Source of the DNA: Octopus sinensis
Taxonomy: Eukaryota
Reading direction: 5' to 3'
DNA length: 64,000 nt
NCBI RefSeq assembly: GCF_006345805.1
Contig: NC_042998.1
Coordinates: 84,010,001 to 84,074,000, forward strand
The position numbers and the translations under genes were made by a program. The notes beneath the pieces were generated by a model that ran no database searches, was not told the DNA's origin, and saw nothing but the letters and a program-made list of their open reading frames with translations. Each line of letters begins with the position of its first letter. Positions within the stretch are counted from its first letter, which is position 1. Shown piece after piece: positions 36,390 through 51,452 of the stretch.

Positions 36390-36895
36390 ATTCATGCATC
36401 CATCTACCTCCTCTGCCCACTATTCCTGGGAGGGTCGTAGGGGTAGAGTTCTCAGGTACTTCCTCGATAGTGTCCTATCAGATGCAACCGTCATTAGATT
36501 TTCAGATCAGATTCCCAAGTGCGACCAAATGAGACTATAGATATTATTCAACCATCTCGTTCTTGGTCTACCTCTAGGTCTCCAGCTGGTCAGCTTAGCT
36601 TGAAGAATCCGTTTTGAGATTCTTTTCTACGACATTTTTATCACATGTCCGTAGTACCGAAACTGTGATCTCTCAATGCGAGAAATTGCGGATCGACCCA
36701 GAGAGAATCCCTGATCTCTGATTTGCTCATCCTGTCGGGTATCGTTTTTCTTGCGACCCTTCATTGAAACCCCATTTCGCCCGTTTGTATTCGCGCTCGT
36801 ACACTATTGTTCATTACCCAACATTCATGACCATAGGTGAAGAGAGGCATGAAAACCGAATTGAAGGTAGCGAGTTTGTTTTTGTTTTTTAATCA
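36390..36895 (-). mobile_element. RTE-clade LINE 3' fragment
   Basis: YGHECWVM..RIQTGEMGF..RIERSQFRYYGHV..RPRGRPRTRWL. Confidence 0.8.
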
Positions 36896-38029
36896 ACGTC
36901 ATGCCGTTCCACAATGGCTGGGAATGTCAATTCATTTCCTAAAAATTATGTGAAGAAGAGGTAACAATACATACCCCTGACGAAGTCAAACACTCATGCT
37001 GAAAGGTTTCGACATTGTACTATTTACCCGAGCTCAGATATCTGGGCCTTCGTAAAGGAGAGACTTCACAACAATCAGAAGTTTTCCATTAATCAACCAA
37101 AATCCTATAAAAACCCTTTATAGCGTGTCCTGTGGTACGTGGTCGCATGTCTTTTGGAGATGTACAAACTAAGCGTGCACCTTTAGGTAATATTCTCATG
37201 GTGAGCAGGCACAAATGCTACTGCTCTGAAAAAATGCTTAGCAACATTTCTTCCGACTTTACGTTCTGAGTCCAAACGCCACCGAAGTCAGCTTTACTTT
37301 TTATCCTTTCGGAATCGTTAAAGCAAGTATCAGTTTATCAATGAAGTCAATATACTCGAGGTAGCTCCTTTCCCAAAATTGAAGCCCTTATGGCAAAATT
37401 TGAAACCAATATTCCCTCGATTTCTCGGATGCCTACCGTAGAGTAAATATTTGGTCGGTTATGCTGCGTTGCCAGACACCTAGCGTAGACTAAACTTTAT
37501 TGCCTCTAGTTCCATGAAAAAACGTCCTGTTGTAAAGTGATCTAAATTAAAACCTTCCCTCAAAATTTCTCTGGTCCAAGCATCATTTTAATAATGACCA
37601 AGTTATTTTATTAATCACTTCGTTATTTTAAAAATTGAATGGAACAAAGACAACGTATTTCAACAGAAATATGATAACAGAGTTAAAGATAGGAAGAAAT
37701 GAGAACTGTAGTGGTTGTCTTTCTTAACGACATGAACGGCGCAATTAGATTTAAAAAATTCAACCAAAAACTGAAGCCGTATCATGGTCTCGTCTTCTGA
37801 GAAGTTTGCCTTTGACTCCTGTAGCACTTAGCACGCATTGTTTATTAACATTTGTCTCCTTGTGGGGCTGTGATAAGTGGAATTAGTAAAGCAGCAGAAT
37901 TACTATATTTAGTCTTGTTCTTTTACGTTACCAGTTCAAATTCCTGCAGAGATGACGTTGTTTTTCATTCTCCCTGGCTCAAAAGATTGATTTAATCTAG
38001 TGTTCCTTATCCCAAAACTGTATTACTCT

Positions 38030-38320
38030 AAATATTAATAAAGCCTTCAGGTTTGTCTGGCATGCAAACCTCCTATTGAAACTTCTTGCGTACAGACATC
38101 CATTTTTCGTCTTTTGTCAGTGGTTTCCTGTCATATCGCTCCCTCGAAACGTGTATTGATGGAACTTGCTCTTTCACGTTCTCAATCAACTCTGGCATGC
38201 CCCTGAATTCTGTTTTGTTTTCTACGTTCTTCTTTCTATATACAATGACTTATTTGCCGCCACATCCTGCAAATACTACTCTTATGCAAATAATACCACT
38301 TTTCATTCTTACACCAAATT
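38030..38320 (+). mobile_element. Degraded jockey/CR1-group RT fragment
   Basis: SGFLSYRS..IDG..INSGMPLNSVL..NDL..YSYANNT resembles RT domains 4-5 (INSGVPQGSVL / YADD). Confidence 0.55.
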
Positions 38321-39084
38321 TGTACTGCTTCCATTCATGCCAGTTTTAATTTATTTTAACAGCTAAAAGTACTCAAGCACTTTTCATGTGAAAAAAAACA
38401 CCATCACCTCACACACCCTCTAAGCATAACTCTGATGGAGGGCCTTCACGGTCGATCCAAATTCTAGGCCTCACTACAGCCTAGGATCTCTCCTGACGAA
38501 AGCAGGACCTCATCTGAAAGACTGATCCTTCGTTTAAGAACCAGAAGTTAGTTCTGTTACCCTACCCCAATAACTGTACACATGATTAAAAAAACTCAAG
38601 TGAAGCGCGCAATACAATATTATTTCCACGTGGCTGTTACAACAGACATCCTGGACTTCATCCAGTGAAGAGGCCACTCGGATCATTGGCATTATATCAC
38701 TTGTAGAGACTTTTCAGCCTCTGGTCCAGAGACATACTTGGTAGCCAGTATCCAACAAAAATACAATGCCCCATTTTTGGGATGTAGTTAACACAGATAA
38801 ATTCACATTTAGAATTTGAGAAAAGTCTTACTGTTCCACTCACAGATTGGACTTGTGCATGTATGTATGTATGTATGTATGTATGTATGTATGTATGTAT
38901 GTGTGTGTGTATGTATATATATGCATGCATGCATGTATATATGCATGCATGTATATATGCTTGCATGCAAGTATTATATTTATACATATATATGTGTGTG
39001 TATGTGTACATATATATGAAAATATAAATGAGTATATATATATATATAGATATATTATATATATATATATATATATAATATTAT

Positions 39085-39128
<44 letters not shown>

Positions 39129-39782
39129 GTACATGTAGGGGATGCCGAATGCACTTTTGCCGAAAGACAAGAAACCGAAGCGAAGAAGCTGAACAGACAT
39201 TAAGCCGAACGGACTTACACACTCGCGCGTGCGTATATTATTAAGCAGATAAGTATTTTATAAACATTCGACAGAACGTGAAATAATTTTCTTTTGGAAT
39301 ATTTGTGTTCGAGACACATCCCATAAAACTATAAATTTCCAAAAATGATATGTAATATATATATACGTATATGTATATTTACGTATATGTATATATACGT
39401 ATATTATGTATATATATAATGGGGCAAGAACGCAAAACATCCAGACAGTTAGGTGATACAAGAAAGAGACAACAAAACATCGAGATAGACGATACAAAGA
39501 AAACAAGGATCGGTCGTTCGGAGTTTTCTTTCCTCAGTCGAGTTCCAGATTATCTTTGCAATTTCAGCTGGTTATACTCGAGATTACTCCAATCTGGCCT
39601 GACCCAAGGAAAAACTAAGCTAAGAGTATTAGATTCCTTGGAAGAATGCAGCGAATGTATACGAAAACAAGGACGGAAAAAAGCGGAGAAGGTAAACAAA
39701 AATACAAATAACAGGACATAACAGGTGTCTTTCGACTTACGACGAATTAAATTAAGCTGGCGTGTGAGGAAGTAAATACATT

Positions 39783-39852
<70 letters not shown>

Positions 39853-39939
39853 TATGTATGTATGTATGTATATATATATACATTTATATATATATATAAT
39901 ATACGTACATATATACATATACGTAAATATACATATATG

Positions 39940-39973
<34 letters not shown>

Positions 39974-40146
39974 TATAGATATAGATATATAGATATACGT
40001 TTATGTATATAATCACGAGAAATAACCTCTATTAAGTAATTCAATTGATAGTGAAAGATATTATCTATATTAAAATATATAGAAAGGGTTTGAATATATT
40101 ATAATAAACACAATTCTAAAAATCACTAATTTATATAAACATTAAA

Positions 40147-40249
40147 TTGACTACACGCGTTTCGTGACTATATCTATAAATCGATGATAATAAAATCGAT
40201 AATATTAAAATTAATTCGATTTAAAAAATATAGCCACTCTTCAGGTCAA
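40147..40249 (-). ncRNA. Type-I hammerhead in the left pseudo-LTR, antisense to the ORF
   Basis: ttgac-CTGAAGA-GTGGCTATA[long AT loop]TATAGTCAC-GAAA-C(GCGT)GT-A-gtcaa. Confidence 0.8.
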
Positions 40250-43200
40250 AAATAATAAAATAAATGTATGTATCTTAACATATAATAATTAACAAATATA
40301 CATAGAAATATACATATCGTCGCAATACATAATCGAATAAAATCTAACAATATTAATGAAAAATAAAATCATAACTTATCTTATTGAAGAATACCAGTTA
40401 ACTGAAATTTTAATCGTTAAACCCCCGTATAATAGGGAAATACAGGTTTTAGAGAATAATAATTTGAAGGTGGTGAAAAATATTAAATTTCATAGACATC
40501 CAAATAGACACAATGAATATCTAAGAAATCTAGCTATTAGAATAAAAGAAATGCGAAATAAGGAAGGAATTATAGTACATTCAGATAAAACTAGGAACCT
40601 GTATAAACTGGATACCCGAGCACTGTATACAATAATTTCATTATATTATGATAATCTATTAGAGAAATAAATAAATAAATAAAAATATGGAGTTGTTCCT
40701 GAAAATACTCTTTATAATATAAATAAGGCCTCTAAATTAATCATGATGAAATATTAGACAATAAAACTGGATCTTATGTACCTATGCACAAGGATAATTT
40801 TTTTGCTGACCCAAAAGTTAGATTTATTTGTCCATGTAAATCAGATCTAGGTAAATTAAGTAAGATCATTTAAGATAAATATATTAATAGATTAAATGAA
40901 CTTAATTATCTAAAACTTTGGAGTAGTACAAATGCTACTTTTAAATGGTTTAATTATACCAAAGATAAAAATAGATATAAATTCAATCAAATAGATATAG
41001 ATAAGTATTATTCTTCTATAAATGAGATTGAACTCTATAAGGCCCTAATTTATGCAATGAATAAGGTTGGAATGACTTATGATGAAGTTAATGTAGTTAA
41101 AGCGGCTAGGAAATCGTTGATTAGATATAATAATAAATTGTGGGCTAGGAACGATACTGGAGACTATTTTAATATACTTATGGGGGCGCCCGATTCTGTC
41201 CAGGTGACTGATTTAGTAGGTATTTATTTATTATCGGAACTTCAATTAGAAAAATTAAATTTTGGAGGTAGATTATATAGGGATGACCTTTTATTAATAA
41301 CTAAGAATTGCACCAATAGAACACTAGAATTATATAAAAAGAAACTATATTGTTTCTTTAAAAGATATGGTTTAGGTGTTACTATATATAAAGAGAACTA
41401 TAATGTAAATTATTTAGATGCTAATTTCAATTTAATAACAGGTAAAACCCAACCATTCCATAGAATTAATGAAAACCTTAAATATATTAATGCTAATTGT
41501 AATCACCCACCCTCAATTAAGAAATAGTTGATAGATAATATAGGTAAAAGAATATCGATGCTTTCTTCTAATTTTGAGACTTTCCAACAACACGCACCTT
41601 ATAATGAAGACTTGTTGGAGGCGGGATATGATAATAGTATTAAATTCTTTAATAATTCTAAATATAATTATAATATAAAAGATTATAATATAAATGATTC
41701 TTATGATATTTATAATAGTAAACCTAATATTAAGAATTATGATAAGTTTTATTTAGTTAATTATGGTTTTAATAATAGGTATTATGATAATACAAAAATA
41801 AATATAATAATAGACTAAAAGATAAGAATAAATTTAATTCGTTTAGTGATAATAATAAATATAATAATATAATTAATAAAATAATGTTAATGATAAGAAC
41901 AAAATTTGGCTGATTATTCCTTATGGGGCTCAAGTTAAAATAAACATTATTAAAAAGATATTAAAACTAATTGAAGTATTTGTTATAGATAATAAAAAAT
42001 ATAATAACATTTTTCTAGTAATAATTTTGGAGTTGGTTTTTCTACTACTAATAGTGTTGGTAATATTATTTCTTCTTTTAATAGATTTAAGCTGAATAAG
42101 TTTTACCTTAACAAATTAAATAATTATTCCAATAATAATAAAAACCAGAATATAATTAATTGTATATGCAGTGATAAGACAAAATGTAAATTTAATAATA
42201 AATGTAATTTGGATGATGTAGTATATAAATGTGTAGTGAATTTGATTGATGATAATATTAATAGGAATAGTTATAATTTAAATGCGATTTACGTGGGGTC
42301 GACTTCTAATAAAATTAAATCAAGGGTGGCTCAACACATTGATTAATTCTAGCAAATATTAAATCTTAGCAAATATATATGGGAATTGAAATCTAAAGGA
42401 ATTAAGTATTATTTAAATTGGGAGATAGTTTGTAAAGCTAAATCTTATCGAATAGGTGATCATTTTTGTTTACTATGTACAAATGAATTTATGGAGATAC
42501 TATCTAATAATAAAAAATTCATTAATTCCCAAAATGAGAGAAAAATTAAATGTAGACAGATTAAATTACTTATATAATAAATTCCTAACTTACAGAGAAA
42601 AAAATTAGCAATACTAAATAAAAGTTCACAATATGTAATATATGTATATAATTAAGAGAAATAACCTCTATTAAGTAATTCAATTGATAGTGAAAGATAT
42701 TATCTATATTAAAACATATAAAAAAAATTTAAATATATTATATATAATAAGTTTAGCTAATTTGTGTATATATATAAACCCTGTTTTATGTTACTAATTT
42801 ATGTAGTTATAATTTGTAGTAGTATAATGAGTATAAATTAGCCGTAGATTATTTGGTGTATGAACATAACTACAATAAGATTAAAGGTACTTATAAAATA
42901 AATATATAACTTGATGAATACATATTAATCTATCCAAATTTAGTTTATTTTATGCATTTTACGTATAATGTTTTAGTTTTAAATTATTGTGAATTTAGAA
43001 TTTTCCCAGTGAATGGTATATTACATCTAGTTTGTTTATTTTTACTGTTAAAATACATATTTCTATTTATTTATTTATTATATAGTTATTATTTACGTCA
43101 TGTTTTCACGTGATAAATTTCTTAGTAACGCCAGGTTCTAAGTTTAACGTTTAAAATTTCAGTTAACTGGTATTCTTCAATAAGATAAGTTATGATTTTA

Positions 43201-43316
43201 ATTTTCATTAATATTGTTAGATTTTATTCGATTATGTATTGTTACTATACATATATTTCTATGTATATTTGTTAATTCTTATATGTCAAGATGCAAACAT
43301 TTATATTATTATTTTA

Positions 43317-43411
43317 GACCTGAAGAGTGGCTATGTTTCTAAATCGAATTAATTTTAATATTATCGATTTTATCATCGATTTATAGATATAGTCATGAAA
43401 CGCGCGTAGTC
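43317..43411 (+). ncRNA. Type-I hammerhead in the inverted pseudo-LTR
   Basis: GAC-CTGAAGA-GTGGCTAT[~54 nt]ATAGTCAT-GAAA-C(GCGC)GT-A-GTC, with palindromic loop III. Confidence 0.8.
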
Positions 43412-43665
43412 AATTTAATGTTTATTAAATTTAGCGATTTTTAGAATTATATTTATTATAATATATTTAAATTTTTTCTATATGTTTTAATACAGATAAT
43501 ATCTTTCACTATCAATTGAATTACTTAATAGAGGTTATTTCTCTTAATTATATACATATATTACATAGTGTGAACTTTGATTTAGTATTGCTAAATAAAA
43601 TTTTTCCCTGTAAGTTAGGAATATTATTCCCTACTATTATTAATAATAATATTACTATATATACG

Positions 43666-43739
<74 letters not shown>

Positions 43740-43913
43740 GTATATATATATATTATATATATATATATATAAATGTATATATAAATGTATACATGGAATT
43801 ATTAATTACTAGTTAATTAATTAATTTTACCCCTGATATATATATATATATATATATATATGCAAAACATCCGAACAGTTTGGTGATACAAAAATGGGAG
43901 AACATATACATAC

Positions 43914-43961
<48 letters not shown>

Positions 43962-44195
43962 AATATATATATATATATATATGTGTGTGGTGTGTTGTGT
44001 GTGTGTGTGTGGTTGTGTGTGTGTGTGTGTGTGGTGTGTGGTGTGGTGTGTGTGGTGTGTGTGTCTGAATAGCTCAAGAGTGGATTATATATTCAGCTGA
44101 ATCTAGTTTTCTGCAAGCACTACATTTTTCCGGTACTTATACACCAGGTTGATACTTACAAATCATTGTTGTGGTTAATATATATATATATATAT

Positions 44196-44256
<61 letters not shown>

Positions 44257-44273
44257 ATATATATATAGATATA

Positions 44274-45525
44274 CGGCGCACGTAAGGTATTTGAGGACAA
44301 ATTTGCTTTTCAGAAAAACATACATATAATAATAGAAAGAAGCTTTATTAATGAAAAATACGTACAAGTAAACTAGATTATTTTCTTTATAATCTTATTC
44401 CATGTACCTACCTTCAACATTATTAACTACTTCTATGCAATATCTGAATCGTCTACATGCTCGAATTAAATGGTTCTGATTTCTATCGAGCGTTACTCTG
44501 ACTATGGCGGCTTTCAAAGAAGCCTTGGTGTTATGAGATATTGATTGACCTCTCACCTTCTCTCTCAACAAAGCTCCACACATAGTAGTTCAATAGACTG
44601 AAATCTGATGAGTTTGGAGTCCAAATGTTAGTGGGCTATACGATCATGAAAATCATCAGCCATCCATTCTTAAGTTGCTAGAGCCTTATGTAATGGTGCA
44701 GAGTCCTGCTGAAAAACGTACGGCCTTCCGTTGCGTACTCTGTCTATCCAGGGCTTGATAGCTGTTTCTAGGACCTCAATGTAGCCAGCAGAGTTAACTC
44801 GAAGACCTTGTAAAAAGAAGTGAGGACCCATCACACAAACTTTGTTACTGACAACTCCAAAAGCCATGTCAATTGCAGGAAATTTTGTGTGCTTGACTGT
44901 TGGAACTTCAGAAGGGTCTAAACATAACCATCTGTCATTTTTTTTTTCTGGTCTTTGTCAAAGTTTTTCTCGTCTGAGAAAAAACTAAATCCTGTCAGGT
45001 TCTAGGGTTTTAACTTTGTTTAATGGCCTTTTAGATCTATTCAAACGATTTTCTTAGCTTCTTTCTGACATGAATTGACCTCTCCTCATCACGTAAGACT
45101 TGTACCAGATGTATTCATAGATATTTCTGATTGTCCCTTCTGGAACATGGAGATCTTTTGCAATTGACCTTATTGATTTTCTAGGATTTCCGTCAATGAT
45201 CTGCTGAACTTGTTGAATAAATTCGGGTGCTTTGGTAGTATCGGAACGTTGGGAATGCTTTTTGCATTTCGATACTGGTGACACCTTTCCATCTGAGGCT
45301 TCTAATTCTTTGCGATTTTTGTAGACGAAAGATCTGGCGACTTTTAAAAACTGATCTATCTCTAAATCGCTGCACTCAACCTTAAAGACTACAATTAGAG
45401 CACGCCTCTTCATTTTTTTGAGTAAGCTGAGTGCCTGCCATTATTTTCTGAAATATAAATGACAAAGTTAATTCAAAAACAGTAATAACTCTAAAATATC
45501 ATATTCTCAAATAGCCTACGCACCA
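44274..45525 (-). mobile_element. Tc1/mariner (maT/DD37D-like) transposon with a near-complete but disrupted transposase (~44390-45430)
   Basis: HTH region (NPRKSIRSIAKDLHV), FSDEK, FQQDSAPLHKA and W..N.PDF motifs. Degenerate TIR cgtaaggtatttgag / ctcaaatagcctacg. Confidence 0.8.
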
Positions 45526-45852
45526 GACGAATGGGTTATCTAGTATAGCTACAATTGTTTCAGTAGGAGGTTTTATCTTGACGTAAGCAGAATACAGATT
45601 GTGTAATGCATTGCATAACTCCCAACTCTTCCGGCAATCAGGTAAAGGAGGTGAACAATGGATTGTTGATTAATCACCAGATTGTCAACAAATGAAATTT
45701 CCAATCAGAATACCTACATTTAAGAGATTTAAAGTGGGTGTGTCTCCTATTCGTCAGAATATCATTGACAGGCCTTTCATTTTTGATGAAGTGTAAAACA
45801 CTAATTGTATGCGAATCAGTAGCCCCAGTTCTGTGAATCTTTAAGGTTTGAT

Positions 45853-46306
45853 CAGCGGTGGATTAACTCATTACGCAAATTAATCACGTGCTTAGGGCAT
45901 CAAGGGAAGGAGGGGCACCACAGAAATGAAAATGGTTTACGGCACTTAAGAAATCACTTTAAACTTGCTAATGTTATATTCGTAATGCCTTATCTCTACT
46001 GATTATAGAAGCAGAAGTTTTACGTAAAATTAATTTTAATGGTATCACCGAAAACTTTGCAATAAAAAAAAAAACGAAGGCGAAAACCTTTCAGATATAA
46101 ATAAAGTGGAAGCATACAAAATTAACCGTTATTTTCCTTCTTACTGTTAATTTTGTTACATTTTGAAAAATAAAAATTTATTTTATGGTTTATTATCGTT
46201 TACATTTTGAATTATTTTTGTTCAGATTTTGAACCATTTACATATACTTGAGGGCACCATAACCTTTTAAGTGCTTAGGTCCTCTATGGGCCTTAATCCG
46301 GTTCTG
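45853..46306. mobile_element. MITE-like element (possibly PIF/Harbinger-type)
   Basis: Imperfect 14-bp TIR CAGCGGTGGATTAA / TTAATCCGGTTCTG; subterminal GTGCTTAGG and GGGCACCA repeats at both ends. Confidence 0.45.
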
Positions 46307-46476
46307 AGTTTGAAATGCGTAGAAATGAATTGGCTTCTTTTTTTGCCTGGGATTGGTCAACTGATGAAAAAACTTTTAATAAGGGTCGAAAATCGATTGA
46401 GGCTGTTCATCACCTTTAATTAATCTATGGAGAAATAAGTAAATTTACCATATTCGTATGTCTATTACGTAGATTT

Positions 46477-46604
<128 letters not shown>

Positions 46605-46787
46605 GTATAAATGTATATAAACATATATAGACAGATACATTTTATTAAATATATACAATTTTATGTATATATACATCCACACAGATTTTAATTAATTACA
46701 TATATATATACTTTGATACTTTGATACTTTGATAGGTTTCGGCCATTATTGGCCCAGGCCATGTCTAACTGAATAGCACCATATATA

Positions 46788-46842
<55 letters not shown>

Positions 46843-46849
46843 ATATATA

Positions 46850-47240
46850 CAGGTGCATGAGTGATTGTTTGGTAAGTAGCTTGCGTACCAACCACATGGT
46901 TCTGGATTCAGTCCCACTGCGTGGTACCTTGGGTAAGTGTCTTCTACTATAACCTCGGGCTGACCAAAGCCTTGTAAGTGGACTAGGTAGAAAGAAACAG
47001 AAAGAAGCCCGTCATACATACATACATATATATATGTGTGTATGTATCAGTACATATATGTATATAAGTTTGTGTGTTTGTCCCCCACCATTGCTTGACA
47101 ATCGATGTTGGTGTATTTGCGTCCCCGAAACTTAGCAGATCGGCAAAAGACACCGATAGAATAAGTACTAGGCTTACAAAGAATAAGGCCTGGGGTCGAT
47201 TTGTTCGACTAAAGGCGGTGCCCCAGCATGGCCGCAGTCA
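46850..47240 (+). mobile_element. SINE family B
   Basis: Matches the family. Confidence 0.85.
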
Positions 47241-47569
47241 AATGACTGAAAAGAATAAAAGAATGTGTGTGTGTGTGTGTGTGTGTGTTTTAAGAAAGAA
47301 CAATATGCTTTGGAATAGGAAGGAGCTTGGAAGGAAAAGAATATACTTGCGCGTGTGAAAATTTAAAATTGTTTAGATACCCCATGTGTAGATAGATGCA
47401 AACATGCATACATGTGTATATCAGTACATATACGTATGTATGTATGTACGTACGTACATATCTGTACAATAATGAAGTAGTGTGTGTGTGTCCGTGTGCT
47501 TATGTCGGTTAACAATTTAAACTCACACACACACACATACATACATACATACATACATACATACATACA

Positions 47570-47605
<36 letters not shown>

Positions 47606-47617
47606 TATATTATATAT

Positions 47618-47668
<51 letters not shown>

Positions 47669-47999
47669 TATATATATAATTATTTTACTTGTTTCAGTCA
47701 TTTAGGCATACAGACATATACACATGCGCATATATACACCTGCATCCATATATGTGTGAGGTATGTACATAGATTTAAATATCAGTGTATGCATATGTAG
47801 GTTTATGTAGCGTGAAGGACATTGCGTAGGTGTGTGTATTAGTGAATGATAGAGGACAAAAACAATAAGCAAAGATGGAGAGACAGGAAAAGACAGCGAG
47901 AACAAAGGAGGAGGGGAAATATCTGGCAGAAATCATGATGTAACGCCTACATAGAACGGTGAAAGCACATTCATCGGAAAACTCCGAGTTGTTATCAGT

Positions 48000-48513
48000 T
48001 CGTAGTAATAGTAAGCTTGTTAAAGTTGAACGGTTTCGCAATAGTAAAAGACGTGGGGACAATAGTATAGCAATGGTAGCGGCAGCTGCGGTGGCAGTGA
48101 CGGTGAGTTTGGTGGTGGTTAGAATAGTGGTAGGTATAATAACAGTGGAAATGGTTGTAGTAATGATAGCGGTGATAGGATACACGGCTATATGAACGTG
48201 ATCTCGGGGTGCCGATGGTGGTGGTGGTGACTGCAGATGTTGTTGTTGTTGTTGTTAGTAGTACTGGTAGTAGTAGTAGTGGGGGGGTAATGGTGGTGGC
48301 GGTGGTGGTAGAAATCGTAGTAATCACAGTGGCGATGGTTGTAGTGATGATAGCGGCTGTAGCAGAAGTAGTAGATGAAGATATGTGATGGTGGTGTAGA
48401 GTTGAGGATGTAGTAGTGGAGGTAGGAGTTCTGTTCAAGACATAGTGGTTGTTGCGTTGGTGATAATAACAGAGGTGGTGGTGGTAGATCAGGATTTCAC
48501 GAAAGTGATGAAA

Positions 48514-48565
<52 letters not shown>

Positions 48566-48720
48566 GGTGATGAAGCTAATGAGAGTGATAGCGATGCTAG
48601 TGGAGTTAGTGGTGGTGGTGGTGGTGGTGGTGGAGGTGATGCCAGTGGGGGAAGCGGCGACAGTGGTACCAATGAATGTAGTGGTTGTGGCAGTAGTGGT
48701 AGTAGTAACAGCAGAGACAC

Positions 48721-48771
<51 letters not shown>

Positions 48772-49385
48772 CAGCAGCTGGTGGTGGTGGTGGTGGTGTA
48801 GGTAATGATAACAGTAGATGAGTTGAAATGGTTGTTTTTGTTGCTGCAGCTGTTGTTGTTGTTGTTGTTGTTTAGCCATCACTACTGAACAAATCCTATG
48901 AACCAAAGTTTTCCCAGCCATGACCATTCCGACTTATTGTTTTGTTTTTGTTTTCTTTTAGTATTTTCTAGAACTACATTATCCAGTACTCTCCATCCTA
49001 ATTTATGACTGTAAAGTTTGAGTTGATGGCAATTTAGCTGCTATTTCTACCTGCTCGACATACCACACTCAGATTCCTTGATGGTAGTTACGGTGTCGGT
49101 GTCTGCGATAATAACGCTGCAGTAATTGTTGAGATGGTAGTAGTTGAGGGTGTACTACCATTACCGTAATGGTTGCAGTGGCGATAAATAGTAAAGGAGG
49201 TAGGGCTGAGGTTGATGGTATGGGAGGGACAGTGGTGGTGGTGGTGGTGGTGTTACTAATGGTGTTGGTCTTCTTTCTACTACTGCTGTTATTGTTATTG
49301 TTGTTGTTGTTATTGTTGTTGTTGATAATGGTGGTGGTGGTATGTTTGAGATGGTTGCGTTGTTGTTGATGTTGTTATTAATAGT

Positions 49386-49457
<72 letters not shown>

Positions 49458-49473
49458 TGTTGTAGTAGTAGTC

Positions 49474-49507
<34 letters not shown>

Positions 49508-49526
49508 TAGTCGCAGCAGCAGTAGT

Positions 49527-49589
<63 letters not shown>

Positions 49590-49640
49590 CGCAGCAGCAG
49601 TAGTAGTAGTAGTAGTAGCAGCAGCAGCAGCAGTAGTTTT
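48000..49640 (+). repeat. Long mosaic trinucleotide block (GGT/GTA/GCA/GTT)
   Basis: Tandem trinucleotides. Similar blocks at 50680-51010 and 52570-53030. Confidence 0.9.
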
Positions 49641-49816
49641 TTTGTTATTCTTAATGTCGTTTATCCGCATATTAGCATTGAAACCGCGACCAGCTCTTTT
49701 CTTTCAGTTATTTACACACGTCATCACCATTTGATGTGCCTTTTGCATTTTAAGGGAAATTAAGCTGCAGTTTCCAGCAAGTTGTACGACTGTGTAGGAG
49801 CTTCATCATGTGTAAC

Positions 49817-49856
<40 letters not shown>

Positions 49857-50834
49857 TTAATAATAATAATAATGATAATTCATTCTTTTATTGGCCACAA
49901 GGACTCACATAAAATTACATTAAAAGACACAACATAAAAGACAAAAACAGGACGATACAATGAGTTTTACGTGTAAACAATATAAATAACAATTAAAAAT
50001 TAAACAATTTAAAATTCCCAATAGGGGAGGTGCTTTAAGGACCTTGTGGGAAACCCCACAAAACCCACGGGTGCCTGATCAATAAAGGTTTCAAATTTTA
50101 CCATTTTGGGGGAGGGGATGTGTCGATTAGATCGACCCCAGTTTTCAGCTGGTACTTAATTTATCGACTCCGAAAGGATGAAAGGTAAAGTCGATCTCGG
50201 CGGAATTTGAACTGTGAACGTAAGGACGGATGAAATGCCGCTAAGCATTTTGTCCGGCACGCTAACAATTCTCCTAACTTGAATAATTTCTTTTATTTCT
50301 CACACGGGCATCGGATGAGAAGGGCATTACAAGAACAATTTAGAATTTGAGTTGTGGGCGGTGGGGGCTACATATAAAGATGAAGGGATGAAAAAGGGAC
50401 GAGAGGAGGAATGTTGATGTTGTTGTTGTGTTGTTGTTGTAATATAACCCTAGGTTATTGAGCAGACCTATGATCAAAAATAGCCCAGCAATGACCTTCC
50501 TGTCGTTTTTGTATGTTAGCCACCATCTATTTAATACTGTATTATCCACTGTACCATTTGCATGTCACTTTTAGGGCGGCAAGACATGATTTAAGGGAAA
50601 TTTGACTGCTATTTCTAGTAAGTTCATGTGACCACACACAGATTCTCTTGTCGACTCGTTTAACTGTGATTGTCGTTTGTAGTGGTGGTAACAATTATGG
50701 TGGTGGTGGTGGTGGCAGTGGTCACAAGTTCTGGTCAGTGGTTGTTGTCAATGAAGAGTGATACTGGCGCTAGTTGGCAGTGTTGGTCGTGGTAGTGGTG
50801 GTCATATATTGACATGCTCTTGGTGGTGTTAGCG

Positions 50835-50865
<31 letters not shown>

Positions 50866-51380
50866 GCGTCGTCGTCGTGGTTGCAGTGATGGCGGGGTTA
50901 GTTTCGGTTGTGGTGCTGCAAGAAAACGGCAGTGGTAGTAGTGGTGTCCGTCCTGCAAATACTGGGTGGTATTGGAAGTGATGGATGGTAGTGGGAGTGA
51001 TAGTGGGAGTGGAAGCTCTTGTTGAATCCCATCTAACCATCTCTGATCGAGAAACCTATGATCAAAAGGCGTTCCAGCCATGACCATCTTGAGGTTTTTT
51101 TTTGCGGGGGGGTTGTATATCATGGACTACACGGAACGTTATATTTCTCCTTTTCAGGGTAATATTTTCTGAATATTTAACTATCATTTTTAGAAAATCA
51201 AGTTACCACATCAAACATCTTTCGTTTGCAGACGACATTTTATGTTTATAGCGCTTATAATTTCAGTTGTTTAAAAATGGTAAAAGAAAAGGAAAGAAAA
51301 ATATGGTTTTGTTGCTTGGGACCCGGGCCAGATCTAAGCACTTAAAAGATTTTCGTGACCCCATATATATATATGTGTGT

Positions 51381-51452
<72 letters not shown>

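Larger units (their letters stand above)
40018..43625 (+). mobile_element. Penelope-like element (RT + C-terminal GIY-YIG), pseudogenised, with a tail-to-tail inverted copy of its terminal region
   Basis: DKTRNLYK; MGAPDS.QVTDLVGIYLL; LYRDD; VNYLD; NHPPSI.K; VVYKC..IYVGST; LSKYIW.LK; C.LC..E. Inverted repeats 40018-40425 / 43140-43545 and 42590-42750 / 43450-43625. Extremely AT-rich. Confidence 0.88.

Noticed and set aside
38500-38530. CTGACGA...GAAA on the plus strand
   Set aside because: No clean stem II and position 17 is G.
47995-48927. 310-aa ORF and other poly-Q/H/L/T/V ORFs (also 24050-24836, 49161-49734, 52791-53214)
   Set aside because: Translations of trinucleotide microsatellites; open in several frames on both strands with no domain content.
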